Source: Eledone cirrhosa (Eukaryota). From it: a stretch of DNA of 64,000 nucleotides. Made by a program: the position numbers and the translations under genes. Below the pieces are notes generated by a model that saw nothing but the letters and a program-made list of their open reading frames with translations, did not search any database and was not told where the DNA came from. How positions within the stretch are numbered: the stretch's first letter is position 1; each line of letters opens with the position of its first letter. The DNA is taken from the NCBI GenBank assembly GCA_964016885.1, contig OZ024744.1:53630001-53694000 (forward strand), written 5' to 3'. Shown here piece after piece: positions 38,070 to 52,049 of the stretch.

Positions 38070-39234
38070 GTCACTTTCAGCTTATATCTGGAATCTAAAA
38101 GACAACCACACCCAATATAGGTTACACTGAGAGATCCTAGCTGAGGCTACATCGTATAACAGAAATAAAAGACCATGCGACCTCTGCGCCGCTGAAGCCC
38201 TGGAAATACTCTACGCCAATGACCACATCTTAAACAAAAAATCTGAGGCAATTTCGGCTTGTAAACATAAATTGCACAAAACTTTCCTGTATTACAGCCC
38301 CACTTTATACCCTAAAGGGTAGTACGAACTATACGCGGATAATTTACGTCTTGATGTGGTAGCTAAGTATATTTTATGTTTATACCATTACTTATTTGTA
38401 TAGGTAAGTATATATTACCTGCATCTTTTGTGAAGGTACGTATACTTTCTCGTACTTATATTTGCTTGTATTTGTTACAGGCGTATGTAATATATTTTAT
38501 ATACTGGTACATGTGTATATGGTTATGTATATACGTGAGTTTTGCGTTTATGTGTGTTTGCGGGTTTACACGTATGTAGGGTGTGTGTATATGTGTACTT
38601 TGTGTTTTGGTTGACGTACGTTTAGCGAACATATGTGTAATGTTTATATAATTATATGTATACGCGCACACACACACATACATGTATATATTTTTTTATA
38701 TATGTTTTATGTGTATTTGGTGTAAACATTCGTATGTGTGTGGGTACAGGCGCTGTGTGGGGTTTTGTATGTGTGCACGTGTTTTTGTGTCCATGCCCAT
38801 GGCGGGTGTTTTCGCGTAGGCATGTGTATGTACGTATATGGATGCGTGCATGTATATATTTAATTATTGTTGATTTCAATAACCTCAGTAATTTATTTAC
38901 ATTATTCTTAACTCTGAAGCCGGGAATCATTCGGTTTCTTAAATAGAATTTTAGTCTACAACTTCAGTTATACCATAAACGTGGTTTTGTCTTTGCGTGT
39001 AATTGTTTTCACCATACCAAATAATGACGTATTATCTTCGTTTTTTTCCGTTCTTTGCCAGGGAACGTTTTCACGAACCAAAGTATCGTCTTCCTGTCTT
39101 CCTTCGGTTGCAACGTTTTTCGAAATATTTACTTCTGCGTTCACAGATTGATTTTTTTTAGTTTCAGAAGATCCTGTTAAGGGTGAAAGCAGCGATTCTT
39201 TGCATAAACTTTAATCTGTTATTTTAATAAATAA

Positions 39235-39235
<1 letters not shown>
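38070..39235 (+). mobile_element. 3' end of a second PLE type (GIY-YIG tail plus 3' non-coding region)
   Basis: LSAYIWNLKDN...RPCDLCAAEALEILYANDHILNKKSEAISACKHK, followed by a tail ending at (TA)n. Confidence 0.7.
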
Positions 39236-39272
<37 letters not shown>

Positions 39273-39305
39273 TATGAATGTAAGTATGCACACGTAGAGA
39301 CACAC

Positions 39306-39426
<121 letters not shown>

Positions 39427-39529
39427 CATACATATACATATGTACGTATGGGTTATAACGAACATTAAGAATAATGTTCGATTCGTTTGTAAATAAACAG
39501 CCCGATTTGAAGCTGTGCCGGTGAACGAT

Positions 39530-40150
39530 TGACACCTGTTTGTTCAGGAATCTGATCTGTTAGTTTACGTAAGAGGTACAAGCTGACAACGTCTGTGATT
39601 TCGGCAGAATCGCTCGAACCCATCGTAATGTCAAAACTGTCGGGTCTATTTTGTTTCTCCCATAGCCTACCGATGAATTCTAATTCTAGTAGTGTTTTCC
39701 TAGCTACTAAATTAATGTCAACTTCCTTTCTAGTGAGGCTGGATCTATTCATGGCTGAGATCAATGCCTTGTTGAAGATGACCGGGAATATTGAGGCATA
39801 GTATTTTGAAATATCGAGTTGCAGGAATCGAACTTCGGACTTGATGTCCATGCTGGAGAACTAGTCAATAACCTCTCTAGTATAATACCACAGGCTGAGT
39901 TTAGTGCTACTTCTAAGTTCATGTATTACTCTGTCAATGATAGTCGCACAAGGTCTGATTTGGAGGGTGCTATACGCCTAAACGGTAGCTTACTCTGAAA
40001 GTCTTTAATTGAGATTCTAGGTGTCCTAGAGCTGTAGGGTTGTGTTCTGTCGTCGATTTTATGGTCCGTTATTATTGTCTTGGCATGGGTATTTATGTGA
40101 GAGAGAGTTTCATGTGATGTTGTTTTCTCGTTTTTTTTGTCTTTCATTCG
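39530..40150 (-). mobile_element. PLE reverse transcriptase fragment (FDxTMG type)
   Basis: FLQLDISKYYASI...ARKTLL...WEKQ...FDITMGSSDSAEITDVVSLYLL; KIDDR...PSKSDLVRLS. Confidence 0.8.
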
Positions 40151-40619
40151 TGATGCATTTTTCGTATATATCTGGGTGTGTGTATATACATGGGTACAGA
40201 CATGTGTACGTATATACGCGTACGTGTATGTATATTATGTGTGTGTGTGTGGGGGTGTGTAGGTTAGCCTTTATAGTTAGTGTCACGACTTATTTATTTA
40301 TTCATCTATTTATTTATAAAATATTCATTTCATCCACCTGTCACAGTCCTTAATCCCATATCTTCTTGTAATACAGACACCTTTAATATATATCGTTTGC
40401 ATATTAGCCCCACCACACAGAATGTTAGACCCCTACTCCCTATATTCTCATCCACACTCCTTTCTCATAGTATTCCTATCCTTAACTTATGTTTAATTTA
40501 CTTTTATTTATTTTTATTTTAATAAAAAGAAAATTTTCGCTCCACATGGCTGAATACAATAAATGTAATCTGTGTTTTTCGAATATTAATAATAACATTC
40601 GATTCGTTTGCAATTATGC

Positions 40620-40745
40620 AAACAAGGCTTTCATCCTTACGGGATGGATAAAATAAAGAACCAGTCACGCACTGGGGTCGATTTAATCGATTTTCTCCTC
40701 CCCAAAAATTGCTGGCCTTGTGCCTATATAAGAAACCGTTATTAT
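40620..40745 (+). mobile_element. SINE 3' fragment
   Basis: gctttcatccttacggga...cactggggtcgat...gctggccttgtgcc. Confidence 0.7.
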
Positions 40746-41067
40746 TTCTGGCAATATTATTACAACAATATGCCCCTCCCCAAGTATAACAATATATATC
40801 TATATCCATATATGTCTTTGTATGAATATGCATGCATGTGTGTATAAGTGTGTATGCATGTAATAATTTTGAGTATATATATGTGTATGTATTTACGTGT
40901 GCTGTATTGCGGCAAGTAACTTTTGTTCTTAATCTGGCACTTTTACATAACCTTACCTATTGAGTACGCTGAGATACAAACGGTACTAGCAGGGAAACCT
41001 TATGCTAGTCCCGTCAACTTATTATATATATAAATATATAAATATATATGTGTGTGTATATATATAC

Positions 41068-41129
<62 letters not shown>

Positions 41130-41171
41130 GATATTAAATAAATGGAAACTATATTTATAAAACCATATTTA

Positions 41172-41233
41172 TTTCATTATATATATTTCAGGGATATCAT
41201 ATTAAAAATATGGTATGCCTTCTTCAGACAAAA
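41172..41233 (-). ncRNA. Inverted copy of the 42143-42204 hammerhead
   Basis: Reverse complement within the left arm. Confidence 0.7.
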
Positions 41234-42142
41234 TACAATATAAACAGTCTTATAAATAGATAGATTTGACATACCTTACAACTTCAACTTCCATTTAAAA
41301 AGTTGATTTGGTAGTGAAAAATGTTAGGGACAGTTATGAAAAGAAAGAAAGAAAAAAAGCGAAGAAAAAGAGCGAAGAAAAAGAGCGAAGAAAAAGAAGA
41401 AATGCATGCAACTAAACAGAGAGAGATAGATATAGAGAGATAGATAGAGAGAAGGAATTCATGTAAAGAAACAGAGAGATATAGATAGAGAGAGAAAAAA
41501 CACAGAGGGAGATAGATAGAGAGAGAGAGAGAAGAGAGAGAGAGAGAAAATTCATGAATACTGATATTTACATTATAATACCTAATTCATACGAATTGAT
41601 ATTTTTACATTGATGAAACATAATGTTTTAAATCTGCCTCGTTTATCTCTGGATATTTTTCTTTTCTCTCTATGTAACGGCTGTTTTCTCTCCTAACCAC
41701 ATATATCTCTCTCTACCTTAATACTAGAACTAAATAAATAAATAAATAAATAAATATATCATTGATACGTCATTCAACTGGTGCCCAACTACCTATTTTC
41801 TTTCTCTCTATCTCTATCTATATCTCTCTCTCTCTATTTTTTCTCTCTCTCTCTCTTCTCTCTCTCTCTCTATCTATCTCCCTCTGTGTTTTTTCTCTCT
41901 CTATCTATCTCTCTCTGTTTCTTTACATGAATTTCTTCTCTCTATCTATCTCTCTATATCTAGCTCTCTCTGTTTAGTTGCATGCATTTCTTCTTTTTCT
42001 TCGCTCTTTTTCTTCGCTTTTTTTCTTTCTTTCTTTTTATAACTGTCCCTAACATTTTTCACTACCAAATCAACTTTTTAAATGGAAGTTGAAGTTGTAA
42101 GGTATGTCAAATCTATCTATTTATAAGACTGTTTATATTGTA

Positions 42143-42204
42143 TTTTGTCTGAAGAAGGCATACCATAGTTTTAATATGATATCCCTGAAATATATATAAT
42201 GAAA
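42143..42204 (+). ncRNA. Type I hammerhead motif
   Basis: ttttgt-CTGAAGA-AGG...CCT-GAAA-TATATA-TA-atgaaa. Confidence 0.72.
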
Positions 42205-42736
42205 TAAATATGGTTTTATAAATATAGTTTCCATTTATTTAATATCGTAAATATACTCCAAATACTTGTTGAGTGCTTTTATATCAGTTATAAATATTTA
42301 CTCGTTGTAACCCAACAATTTAAATAAAACTTTGCATATATATATATATATATACACATATATATATAATTGTATATATTTCTTTATGTAAACGAGTGGA
42401 TGCGTTCGTATTTCTGTTCAGATACTAACGCGTGGCTTTGTAAATTAGGACTGCAAATAAGTGAAGAGAGGGAGGGGCAAGGAAAGAAATATGATATAGA
42501 CAGTTAGAGCTAGAAGAAAAGGAAATGTGTAGTGTGAGGTATATTAATGTTTAGAAATTAAAAGAAATATATAGGAAAAAGGAGTTGCAAATGCAGTTGG
42601 AGTCTTTAAGAAGGTTTATTTACAATCATTTATAAATACCGGTTTCACAAGTTTCATGATTTTCTAAAGTTAAGAGAGATGGAGAAACATATTGCTATGC
42701 CGACTTGTAACTCTCATCTAACTGACGTTGGGTATT

Positions 42737-42963
42737 TCAGTTTTATGCCAAAATGTTGCTCAGTTTGAAGTGCAGTTTGATAGGGTGGGGAAAGATCACG
42801 TGATTAGGCATCGAATGTTTTGGTAATTTAGCAGCAAAATCGGGAGTGTCAGTTTTATGCAGAAAAATGGCTCAATTTTAAAGTATAATTTGATAGACTG
42901 TATATCATCACGTGATTAGGCACCTAATTTGTTGGTACTTTCGGCCCCCAAAATGGGAGTGTC
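42737..42963. repeat. Diverged ~112-bp tandem duplication
   Basis: tcagttttatgc...tttgatag...atcacgtgattaggca...gggagtgtc occurs twice. Confidence 0.7.
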
Positions 42964-42984
42964 GTGTTTCGAACATAACTCAGA

Positions 42985-43190
42985 GGGCGTTATCGAAAAT
43001 GATAATACAAAGATCTTGTGGGAATTGTTGATGCAGTGTGAACATTAGATTGAGCATAGGAGACCAGATATTGTATTATTTGAGAGAAAAAGGAAACAGC
43101 ATTTGATCATAGATATAGCCTGTCCAGCTGATAACAAGGTATGCGATAAAGAAGGAAACAAAATTGATAGATATGACAGGTTAGCTTGGG
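42985..43190 (+). mobile_element. R4/Dong RLE fragment
   Basis: ENDNTKILW...HRRPDIVL...IIDIACPADNKVCDKEGNKIDRYDRLAW. Confidence 0.82.
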
Positions 43191-44150
43191 TCTTCATCAT
43201 CTCTTTTGTTATTTTGATGTTTCTTGCTTCTGTACACATGTTTCTTGTTTCCCGAACTTCTTTATCCAATCTGCTTTCTCGCCGTGTTGAACAGATTTGC
43301 TCCAAATGTTATTTCAAAAAGCAATGCATTCCTCTGCATTTTATCTTACATCATTGATCCTTTCGATTCCTTCCCGTTTCTCAAACAAACGTTTTTTTAT
43401 TGGTTTGAAAGAATCTACTCTGTATATTTTGGTTACTTCTTTCTTCATATTGTTTTAGTTGTGCAGTCTTTGCCTTTATTCGTTACTTCACCCCGCCACC
43501 ACTGCATTAATCCCCTTATTCTTCACATTACTCCTTTATTCCAATCGTTCTGTAACATTCCATTTTCTATTCTCTTGATTTGTTTAGATCCTTCCTCAAT
43601 TTTGTAACACTGTCGTGAATCCTTCTCTTCCACCATGGCTGTCTGTGAGTCTCTTTTCGTTTTTTAAGTCCCAACAAGTCAGCTACAACGTATGCACCAA
43701 TAAGTACTAGGAGATTTATATCACTATGGTTTTCTGTCTGTATATTGCTTATGGCTTTGTTGACAAGCTTAGTTTTCTCTCTAGTGCAGCCTTCAGGTCA
43801 ATTACTTCAAGTCCACCTCGGTTTACCAGTTTCATCTTCAACATGTTTGTGATTGTTTGTAGTTATTCACTAATTTCTTCCTAATTTCAATTTTCCGACT
43901 TTTTGCTGCAACATTCTCTTCAACAAAATTCACATTTTCTGATTTATTTTTTCCAACAACACTTTCAATATAATCTCGTTCGTTTTGCTCTTCATTCTCT
44001 GTTTCATGATGTCCTCCCCTGTTCTCTGTAATTTCTCTCTTGCCTTCAGTTTTCTCAATAATTCTTTCAATTTTTCTATGTCTACATATGGCAAACCCAG
44101 CCTCGTTCTTGTAGGCATCTTGCCTGGCTAGCTAGCCGTGCTTCAGTCGC
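43190..44150 (-). mobile_element. Decayed R4/Dong N-terminal region
   Basis: LPYVDIEKLKELL; AYVVADLLGLKK; QPWWKRRI. Confidence 0.6.
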
Positions 44151-45189
44151 ATGGAACGCACCTATCTCGTTCCAGATAATATCAATTCCCTTTCTACGTC
44201 CCTTATTCCTGGGCTACTTCGCAAGTAACAGTCCATTACAATCTTGTTGAACTCTTTTGTTCATTTAACTTTCTTCACTTCAACAGTCTTTTGTGGAAGA
44301 CCGGGCCCACCTACCGAGCAATGGGACACATGCCCGGTGTGATGTTGCAGCCATACAGACGCCATTTTCTACATTTAAAGTCTTTTGACATTTTCACTTG
44401 AGATGGTATTTTTACCGTGACACGCATCACTAGATAGATTGTTTACTATGTCTTTCAGACCCTCTATCTACCATCATCTAGAGAAAGCTATATCTCACGC
44501 CAGGTCTCAAACTAGTATTTATGATGTTTCGCTTGATTTTACATCATACTTTCCATCTCCTTTAAGAATACTGTAACAGCTCAGGGTCCTTCACTCCCAG
44601 TGAACTTACTGCGCGGCCTGATACGAACCAAGGTGATTTCTGAGGTACCATGCACAGATAGGCTGTCATAATTATGACTAAGGAATCTCATCTTCCTCGA
44701 AGTTAACATTAAAGAGGACCTTCTCGTAGAAGGACTGCCACACAAGGATGACGAATTTTGTCTACACATATTCCTATACACACAAACCTAGACATACATA
44801 AGCATATATACACACATATATACATATATAAAATAGTATTACACATACATACACAAACTTATATTCGTAAATATATACTCACATATGAACATACACATAC
44901 ACACATATACACACATACATATTTACATCTAGATATGTATGTATCGTTTTGCTCTATATACAAGTTTTTAGTTACAGTATACAAATATACGTCCATTACT
45001 GAAATATTGTTTGTTCAATAACACCATTATATCCAGTGTGAAGATAAACTTTGTTCATTAACTTCTATATTTTCAAAGTAGAGGGTAAATAACGCTACAA
45101 TCCACTATCAAAATAACATTTCTTTAAAACATTTGTATTACTTTGAAATAAATGTTTCTTTAATTTCTGAACAATGATACATCCAGTTT

Positions 45190-46873
45190 CAATACAACAG
45201 GAAAACTAGCTGAAGAAATGAAGAAATGTATACACACTTGGAGAGAGATAAATCTGCTTCCTGGTGAGCAAAACGGCAGAATGTGTGTAGGCAGAACCAA
45301 AGACCAGCTGATGGTTGATAAAATGGTACTGAAAAACTGCAAAAAGACGCTCACCAAAACTTTCCCTTGCTTAGATTGACTACAACAATACATATGTCAT
45401 GGCGCCGCATTCCCTAGATCCTTCACTATTTCAATATGTTTACGGGATCAGACATCATTAAGATCTCAATAGAGAAATCAATGGCAAAATGGAAAGTAGA
45501 ATTAACATCAGTTAGAGAAAGTTTAATTGAAGTGAATATAAAGCGGGGCATTTTTCAAGGAGGCAGTTTATCACTAGTTCTGTGGTTGCAACGATATCAC
45601 TGTAAGTTCTTAAAAGCATGCCGATCGGATACAGTCTAGAGAAAGATAGGAGCAACATCAAATACATTGGGACGGAGTATGGTATTTTAAAGTCTGAAAT
45701 GATAGAGGTGAAGCGTAGAAAGATTGTAAGGTGTGATGGAATCGAACTACCAAATGACGAAAAAATTAATTCACTGGAAAGAGACGAAGCATATAAATAT
45801 CTAGGTGTGCTACAAGATCATAAAGTAAAAGGCTTACAAAAGTGAAAGAAATTGTCAGTAAAAAAGTACTTTTGAAGATTGTGGACGATCTTCAAGTTCA
45901 GTTTGAATGGAGAAAATACTGAGCAAGCAATAAACGCCAGAGCTGTATCATTAATTAGGTATGTGGCAGGTATAGTAGAATGAACAAAAGTAGAGTTGAA
46001 GGAAATTGAAAGTAAAACAAGCAAAATTCTCACTATCAACAAGGTGATGCAGACCGGCTCTATTGGAAAATAAAGGCGGGCGGTATGGGATTGATGAGTG
46101 TACAGGATACTGTCAAAGTAGAAGAAAATGGTATGGACTTCTATATAAACAAATAAGAAATAAAAGCTTATATTGGAGGTTGTCGGGAGAGGCATTTTTG
46201 AGAAAAATGAAGACCCAGAAAAACAAAATGGTTGTGATTGCTTAAGAACGTAAAAAAGCATTTGATGAAAAGCCTCTGCATTCAGCATTCCTTAAGGAAA
46301 CAAGAAACGTCTATGATAATAGAATACTTGGTTATGATTACAGAAATGAGATGAGAGTGCTCGAGAACAATAGGATAAAGCTCTCGTGGGACTACCCAAT
46401 TTAAACCGACATGAAGATTCAACACAACAGATCAGATATTGTTGTAAATGAGAAGGAAAGAAACTGTACCGTCATCGATGTAACGTGTCCTATTGACACA
46501 AGAATTGAACCAAAAGAGGAGAAAGTAGGGGCTAATACCAACTTAAAATGTGCGATCTTGAAATGCTGGAGTAATGGTGTAAAGGCAGTCACCATTGTCT
46601 CAGTGCTGATTGGTGCCCTTGGCATTGTGACAAAGAACCTTGAAAACTAATTGTCGAAAATAGATTTTGCACTAGGGATTGAACCGATCCAAAAGTCAGG
46701 CCTGCTGAGAACAGTCCGAATATTGAGAAAGGTTCTGGACTACCAGTAGTAGTGAAATGATAAGTAATGATAAGAAAAAGTTTGAGTTACCCTAGGTTGC
46801 TAGTTGTGGCCAGATAATCCCTAAAATTATCAGCCCAAAGAAACATCAAAATAATAATAGTAATAATAATAAT
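45190..46873 (+). mobile_element. Decayed R4/Dong LINE 3' half ending in (TAA)n
   Basis: TKDQLMVDKMVL, IKRGIFQG, YKYLGVLQ, HNRSDIVV...VIDVTCP...IGALGIV. Confidence 0.85.
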
Positions 46874-47947
46874 GATGATGATGATGATTTCTTGCATTAC
46901 TATGATGTGTAACTGGTACTATGTCAGGAGTTAGAAGTTTAAAACATAATATGATAACAATTTGTGAGGTGACCTTGAATCATATCGTTTAGCACTGCTT
47001 GAATGCAATAATAGGGAATAATAGACGATGAATGGGAGAAAGAGTGTGAATATAGGCCTGGCAAAATAATAGCTGGTTTGTATTGTATCGTCTGCACGGA
47101 GAACAAAAGAAACAACACTGCTGCTTAAGGCGTGTGGTTAAAAGTAATCCATATTGCGAATGGTTGGCTTGTTTTAAAGCAGGAAGTATGCAGTTTTACG
47201 ACAAATGACTAAAAGAGATAATTTGTTCCATTTGTGAGAGACATCTAGTTTCATTGAGAAATCTTAGTGTCATGTACCGCTAGAGGGAGTGGTGTCAGAC
47301 TATTAAACATCAAATGTTAAAATGGAAAACGAAAGGAGGTTTTGTGAGTGAACATTAAACAATTCTTATATAGTAAGTGTAGTTGTTCTAATCGTTATTT
47401 CCGCTTAGTGTAGAGTACCAAACATCATGCACATATTTAAATTGGTACTTGAGAATGTGCATGATTGCTTTTCTAGGCCAATTACTTCCCGCGTGAAGAC
47501 ACCATGCTAGGGATAGGGTAGCGAGATTTGAACTCAGAACGCACAGAGCAGGAGCGGTTGCTGCAAAATAGTCAGCCCGACATTTAAAATGATTCCGCCA
47601 CTCCACCACTCCTGGGTTGGTACTTTATTTTATCGATTCCGAGAAGATGAAATCAGACCGCAGTGAGATGGAACAAATACTAATACATTAAATTCAACGA
47701 TCTAACGACTCTGTCAAAACGATAATAATTCTTTCTAACATTGACACAAGGCCAGCAATTTGAGGAAGGGGAAATGTTATATAATAGCAGGTATTTTATT
47801 GAAGGATGAAAGACAAAACTGACAATGGCGCGATATCCACTTAGAATGTAAAGAGCTAGAACAAATTCTGCAAACAATTGTCCTACGCTCTAACGACTGT
47901 CAAACCACCGCCATTTTTTCATACACATAATAATAATCATTATTTCT

Positions 47948-48320
47948 TTGGCAGTATCGGTAGAGGGACGGACATGCTTTCCAGCATAGTTACGTCCCCT
48001 TACGATCTGAGTTCAAATCGTGCCGAGGTTAACTCTGCCTTTCATCCTTACGGGGTCGATAAAATAAAGTACCAGTAATGTACTGGGATAATTGCTGGCC
48101 TTGTGCCAAAGGTAGAAACAATTATTTCTTTATTGGGGCGGTGGATTGGCAGTATCGGTAGAGAGTCGAACACCATGCTTTGAAGCATAGAGTTACGTCC
48201 CTTTATGATCTGAGTTCAAATCCCGTCGAGGTTAACTCTGCCTTTCATCCTTACGGGGTCGATAAAATAAAGTACCAGTAATGTACTGGGTAATTTTGTG
48301 TCAAAAATAGAAACAATTAT
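47948..48320 (+). mobile_element. Two tandem tRNA-derived SINE copies (47948-48126 and 48135-48320)
   Basis: A-box-like tggcagtatcgg and B-box gagttcaaatc with a shared body. tttctttattgg is duplicated around the second copy. Confidence 0.82.
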
Positions 48321-50180
48321 TTCTTTATTGGCCACTAGGCGTGGGGCATACCATCCAGGTGTAACTTAGAAACCCAACAGATTCTAAACCACCTTAATCG
48401 CCAAAAGCACAGTGGGGTGGCACCTCCTCCTCAATAAACTCTTCAGCCTGCAGGAATATGTTCAGAGTAGACCCATTCACTCGAGCAATCCTCGCCTGAA
48501 TTACGTTCAGCCAACTTTTAAGAAATGTACTGTGATTCAACACAGCCTCAACTTCCTTTCCAAGTGAAGCTTGAAAAGGTTGAGGGATTCGTCGAAGAGG
48601 AAGTAATCTATCTTCAGTACTTTCTGTCACTTCCATCACTCAATTTCTTTCGCCACAACCACCAGACAGAGGAAATGTGCCTGCCCTTGCCGGTGAAAAG
48701 AAGGCGGCGGCGCGATCTTTATGATGGAGTCGACTAATAGCTAGATCCGTCCTACGGGTGACAATAGCTGTTCGAAAAAACTCTACAAGTCAGCAATACC
48801 CAGGCACGGGTCGAGCGTGTGAAAAATGGTATCTTCGCTCTGCACGTATCTCGGACAGATCCGTCTAACAGCACTTCCTTGACTGTAGATATTGTCACGA
48901 ACTTGTAGCACTGCCAGACTAGGATTTTCTGAAAATTGTCCATAGTCCTCGGACCGAAAGCTCCTCCGAACAGACTGATTAGTTCGTTTTCGTCAATGCC
49001 TAAAGACACTTCGATGCTATTAGTCCTCTATAGAAATCTAAAATGGAATTTTTACTGATCACTCTGTCAGATAGTTTGAGAGCTGTAAGTACCTGACAAC
49101 ATTCCAGGTGCAAGGCAGATAGTCTCGGTCTTCGCTCGACACACGACTGCCGCTCAGTCAAAAAGATAAGTCGTGGAAAGACATATCCGAGAAAGGGCGA
49201 CCACACCTGTTCACCATATACGTATATATAGAGATGGCGTAACCTCAGCGCTCGGCGTAAAGGGTGTTGGCAGCCGATGAGCCGCCTCACCAATGGATCC
49301 GGTCCCTTCCAAATTCAGTTGAAGTGCAGGCGCTACAATTTGCTGATATTCGGACTGGGAGAGGGCCTGACGGTGAGGCGGTAATAGATGACGGACTCGA
49401 TGTACTCGTTCACCACCTCTGCCCAACTTTTAGGGATAGCGTTCTCTTGACTCTTTTGTGGGTCAGAATGACCACCCTACTCGTTACTTCGTGCCAGTAC
49501 TTATCCACCTGGAGCTCTGGATCAAACCGAACCCCGAGCTAATTCTGTTGTCCATTCATTCAGAAACTGATGACGCTGTTGAACGGCATAGATTTGTCTC
49601 TCCAGGTGCCAAGATTATACCCACCGAACTTTCAGGGTTGATATTTGCGACCGTCAACCTTTCATATTCATCAAAGGAGTTGCCGACCACCTCAATTTCC
49701 AGGGGTTTTGCCACATTCATTGTGATGAAGCCCTTCCACATCCTGGCTTGAGCGGGATGCCCGGCAACAGTTCCAGCTTCCGCAAAAGTGGGGCCATCCT
49801 TGACTGACCGAGTGCATTATTGCTGTTTATTACAGCGATCCAACTTCTGAAGACGTAATCAAAACCATCTGTCTTGAAGACAGCCTACAGATATCTATGG
49901 TCGAACCTATCAAAGGCTTTCGTCTGATCCAAATTGATTGATAAGAGTCTCATCGAAGCCAGGTTTACTCCCTACCCTCACTATGATGTATCACATGAGG
50001 TGGATATTGTCATTTATAGACCTGGTCGGGATTGCGCAAGTTTGCACCTTCCCTACCAGACCCTCGATGACAATCGCCAACCTCGTTCCTAGTTTAAAAC
50101 CTTAAACTCTGTGTCTAACAAAGCTATTGCCCTGAAATTATCTATAACTTCCCTTTTGTTCTCGTCTTTCCTCGTCAACG
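48320..50180 (-). mobile_element. Decayed Tx1 ORF2 3' half
   Basis: MDNFQKILVWQCY, CQHPL...ALRLRHL; 3' end gtggccaataaagaaa. Confidence 0.85.
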
Positions 50181-50329
50181 TTACTATGCCCCGATTCCCA
50201 GAACTGAGGATTTCCTCGTCTTGCTACCCGTTGCAATAGACAGCTTCAAGGATATCTGAGAACAAGTCTGGCATATATACGTAAAACTAATAGAGAATAT
50301 TATGTAACTTGTATTCTGATTAGTTCGGC

Positions 50330-51860
50330 CGCTTGAACCATGTCTGTAAAGCTTATCATGGACAGGCAACACTCCCCGGTAGCACTTCCAGGCCAAGGAT
50401 TTCTGGAAATTATCCATTGGCTCTGGACCGAAAGTCCTCCCAGCGTTTCCACAAGAACGTCGTCGTACTTTCCCTCCACTAACCCTCTATAAAAGCCAAG
50501 GTGGAGTTTCCACCAATCGCAAAGTGTGAATAGCAGTGAGTGCTTGAAGATATTCCAGTTTCCAAGCGCTCTTTCTCGGTCTGCCGTAGCCTGAGCGCTA
50601 GCCTGAGTATCATCAGCCGCGGCATGCCGAGTCCTCAACGTAGCGAGTTATGACCATTGGAGTGCGTCCCTACACAAAAAGCGAAAGAGCAAACGCTCCA
50701 GTGTAGTCAGGCGAGGCTTAGGACAACACCCGACGGGCAGGCGGTAGTAGATGACGGACGTGATGTACACGTTCTCCACTTCCATCTGATCTTTCAGGGA
50801 TAGCTTCCTCCTGCTTGTGCCAGTTTCTGTCTATCTGTACCGAACCAGACTCCTAGCAATTGAACCGGTCTGTATATCCAAGTCCTGACGATGCAGTTGG
50901 ACGGCCTCTCCATGTGCCGAGTTGGAGGCCCACCGACTTTTTCTGGTTTTTCTTTGCTCCTGTCACCGCCTGACATTCTCTTTGAATAGTGCCGATCGCT
51001 TCGATGTGTTTGGCATTCGACACTAATACGGTGACATCATCGGCATAAGATGATACGGTTCTCTGCATCATAATTCGCGCGGGATGCCCCTAAACGTCTC
51101 CAGTTTGTGCAGTATCGGCTCAAGAGTCAATACGTACAACAGAGACGTGAGGGAACAACCTTGGCGGACCGAGCGCATGATATTGAAAGTTTCTGAAAGG
51201 TGACCGTTCACTCTCACCACAGAGCAAATGTCGCTGTGCATGGTAGCAATCCAACCTCTGAAAACCTTCCCAAAGTCGTCCGCCTTGAGGACGGCCGCCA
51301 GGTATTAATGGTCGGCCCAAACGAAAGCTTTCGACTGATCTAAATTGATCAGGGCCCATCCCATGCCAGGTTCCTTAGCTACCCTCTCCACAATGTATTG
51401 CATGAGGTGGAGGTTGTCGTGGATGGATCTGTCTGGAATTGCGCATGTCTGCGTCTCTCCTACAAGATTCTCGACAACAAGCACCGAGCTTGTTGCTAAT
51501 ACACTAGTCGAAAATTTGAACACTGTGTTTAGCAGAGTTATGTACCTAAAATTATCTATCTTGCCCCCTAGTTCGGATCCTTTCTCAGCAGTGCCATCGT
51601 TACTTGGCTCACAGTGCTGGGAATTTTCCGGTTCTGTTGAAGTCAGTGTCTGCCAAGAGGTCATCGAACAAGTTTGGGATGTGTACGTAAAGTTCGTAGG
51701 GCAGACTATCCAAACCAGAGGATTGACCCTTCATGCAGCGAGTTATTGCCTCCTGTATTTCAGCGGCAGTTATCGGCTTTTCGCAGCACTCCGCTTCGGT
51801 CACCGAGATCCGGTTCGCCACTTCTCCAGAACAGTTGAGCGAAGTGATGCTGAAAAGCCG
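50330..51860 (-). mobile_element. Decayed Tx1 RT fragment close to the copy A subfamily
   Basis: QTCAIPDRSIHDNLHLMQYI, LINLDQSKAF, SSYADDVTV. Confidence 0.88.
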
Positions 51861-52049
51861 CACACACCTGCTTGGGATTAACTAACATGCACACATCGTG
51901 GTGCGCCGAAGATCCCATTCTTGTCGCCCTCTAACACTGAAGAGCAGAATGTTCCTAGAAAAGTCTCCAGTCGCCGGAAGAAATCACGCCGTCATGCCCC
52001 AGTGTAATGATGATGATGATAATGATGATGATGAAGAAAAAGAAGATGA

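Larger units (their letters stand above)
41127..42336. mobile_element. (TA)n-flanked fold-back element with ~420-bp inverted arms, each carrying a hammerhead
   Basis: 41127-41550 is the near-exact reverse complement of 41838-42249, around a ~290-bp spacer. Confidence 0.88.

Noticed and set aside
47948-48230. tRNA-like A and B boxes
   Set aside because: These are SINE heads with no cloverleaf, not tRNA genes.
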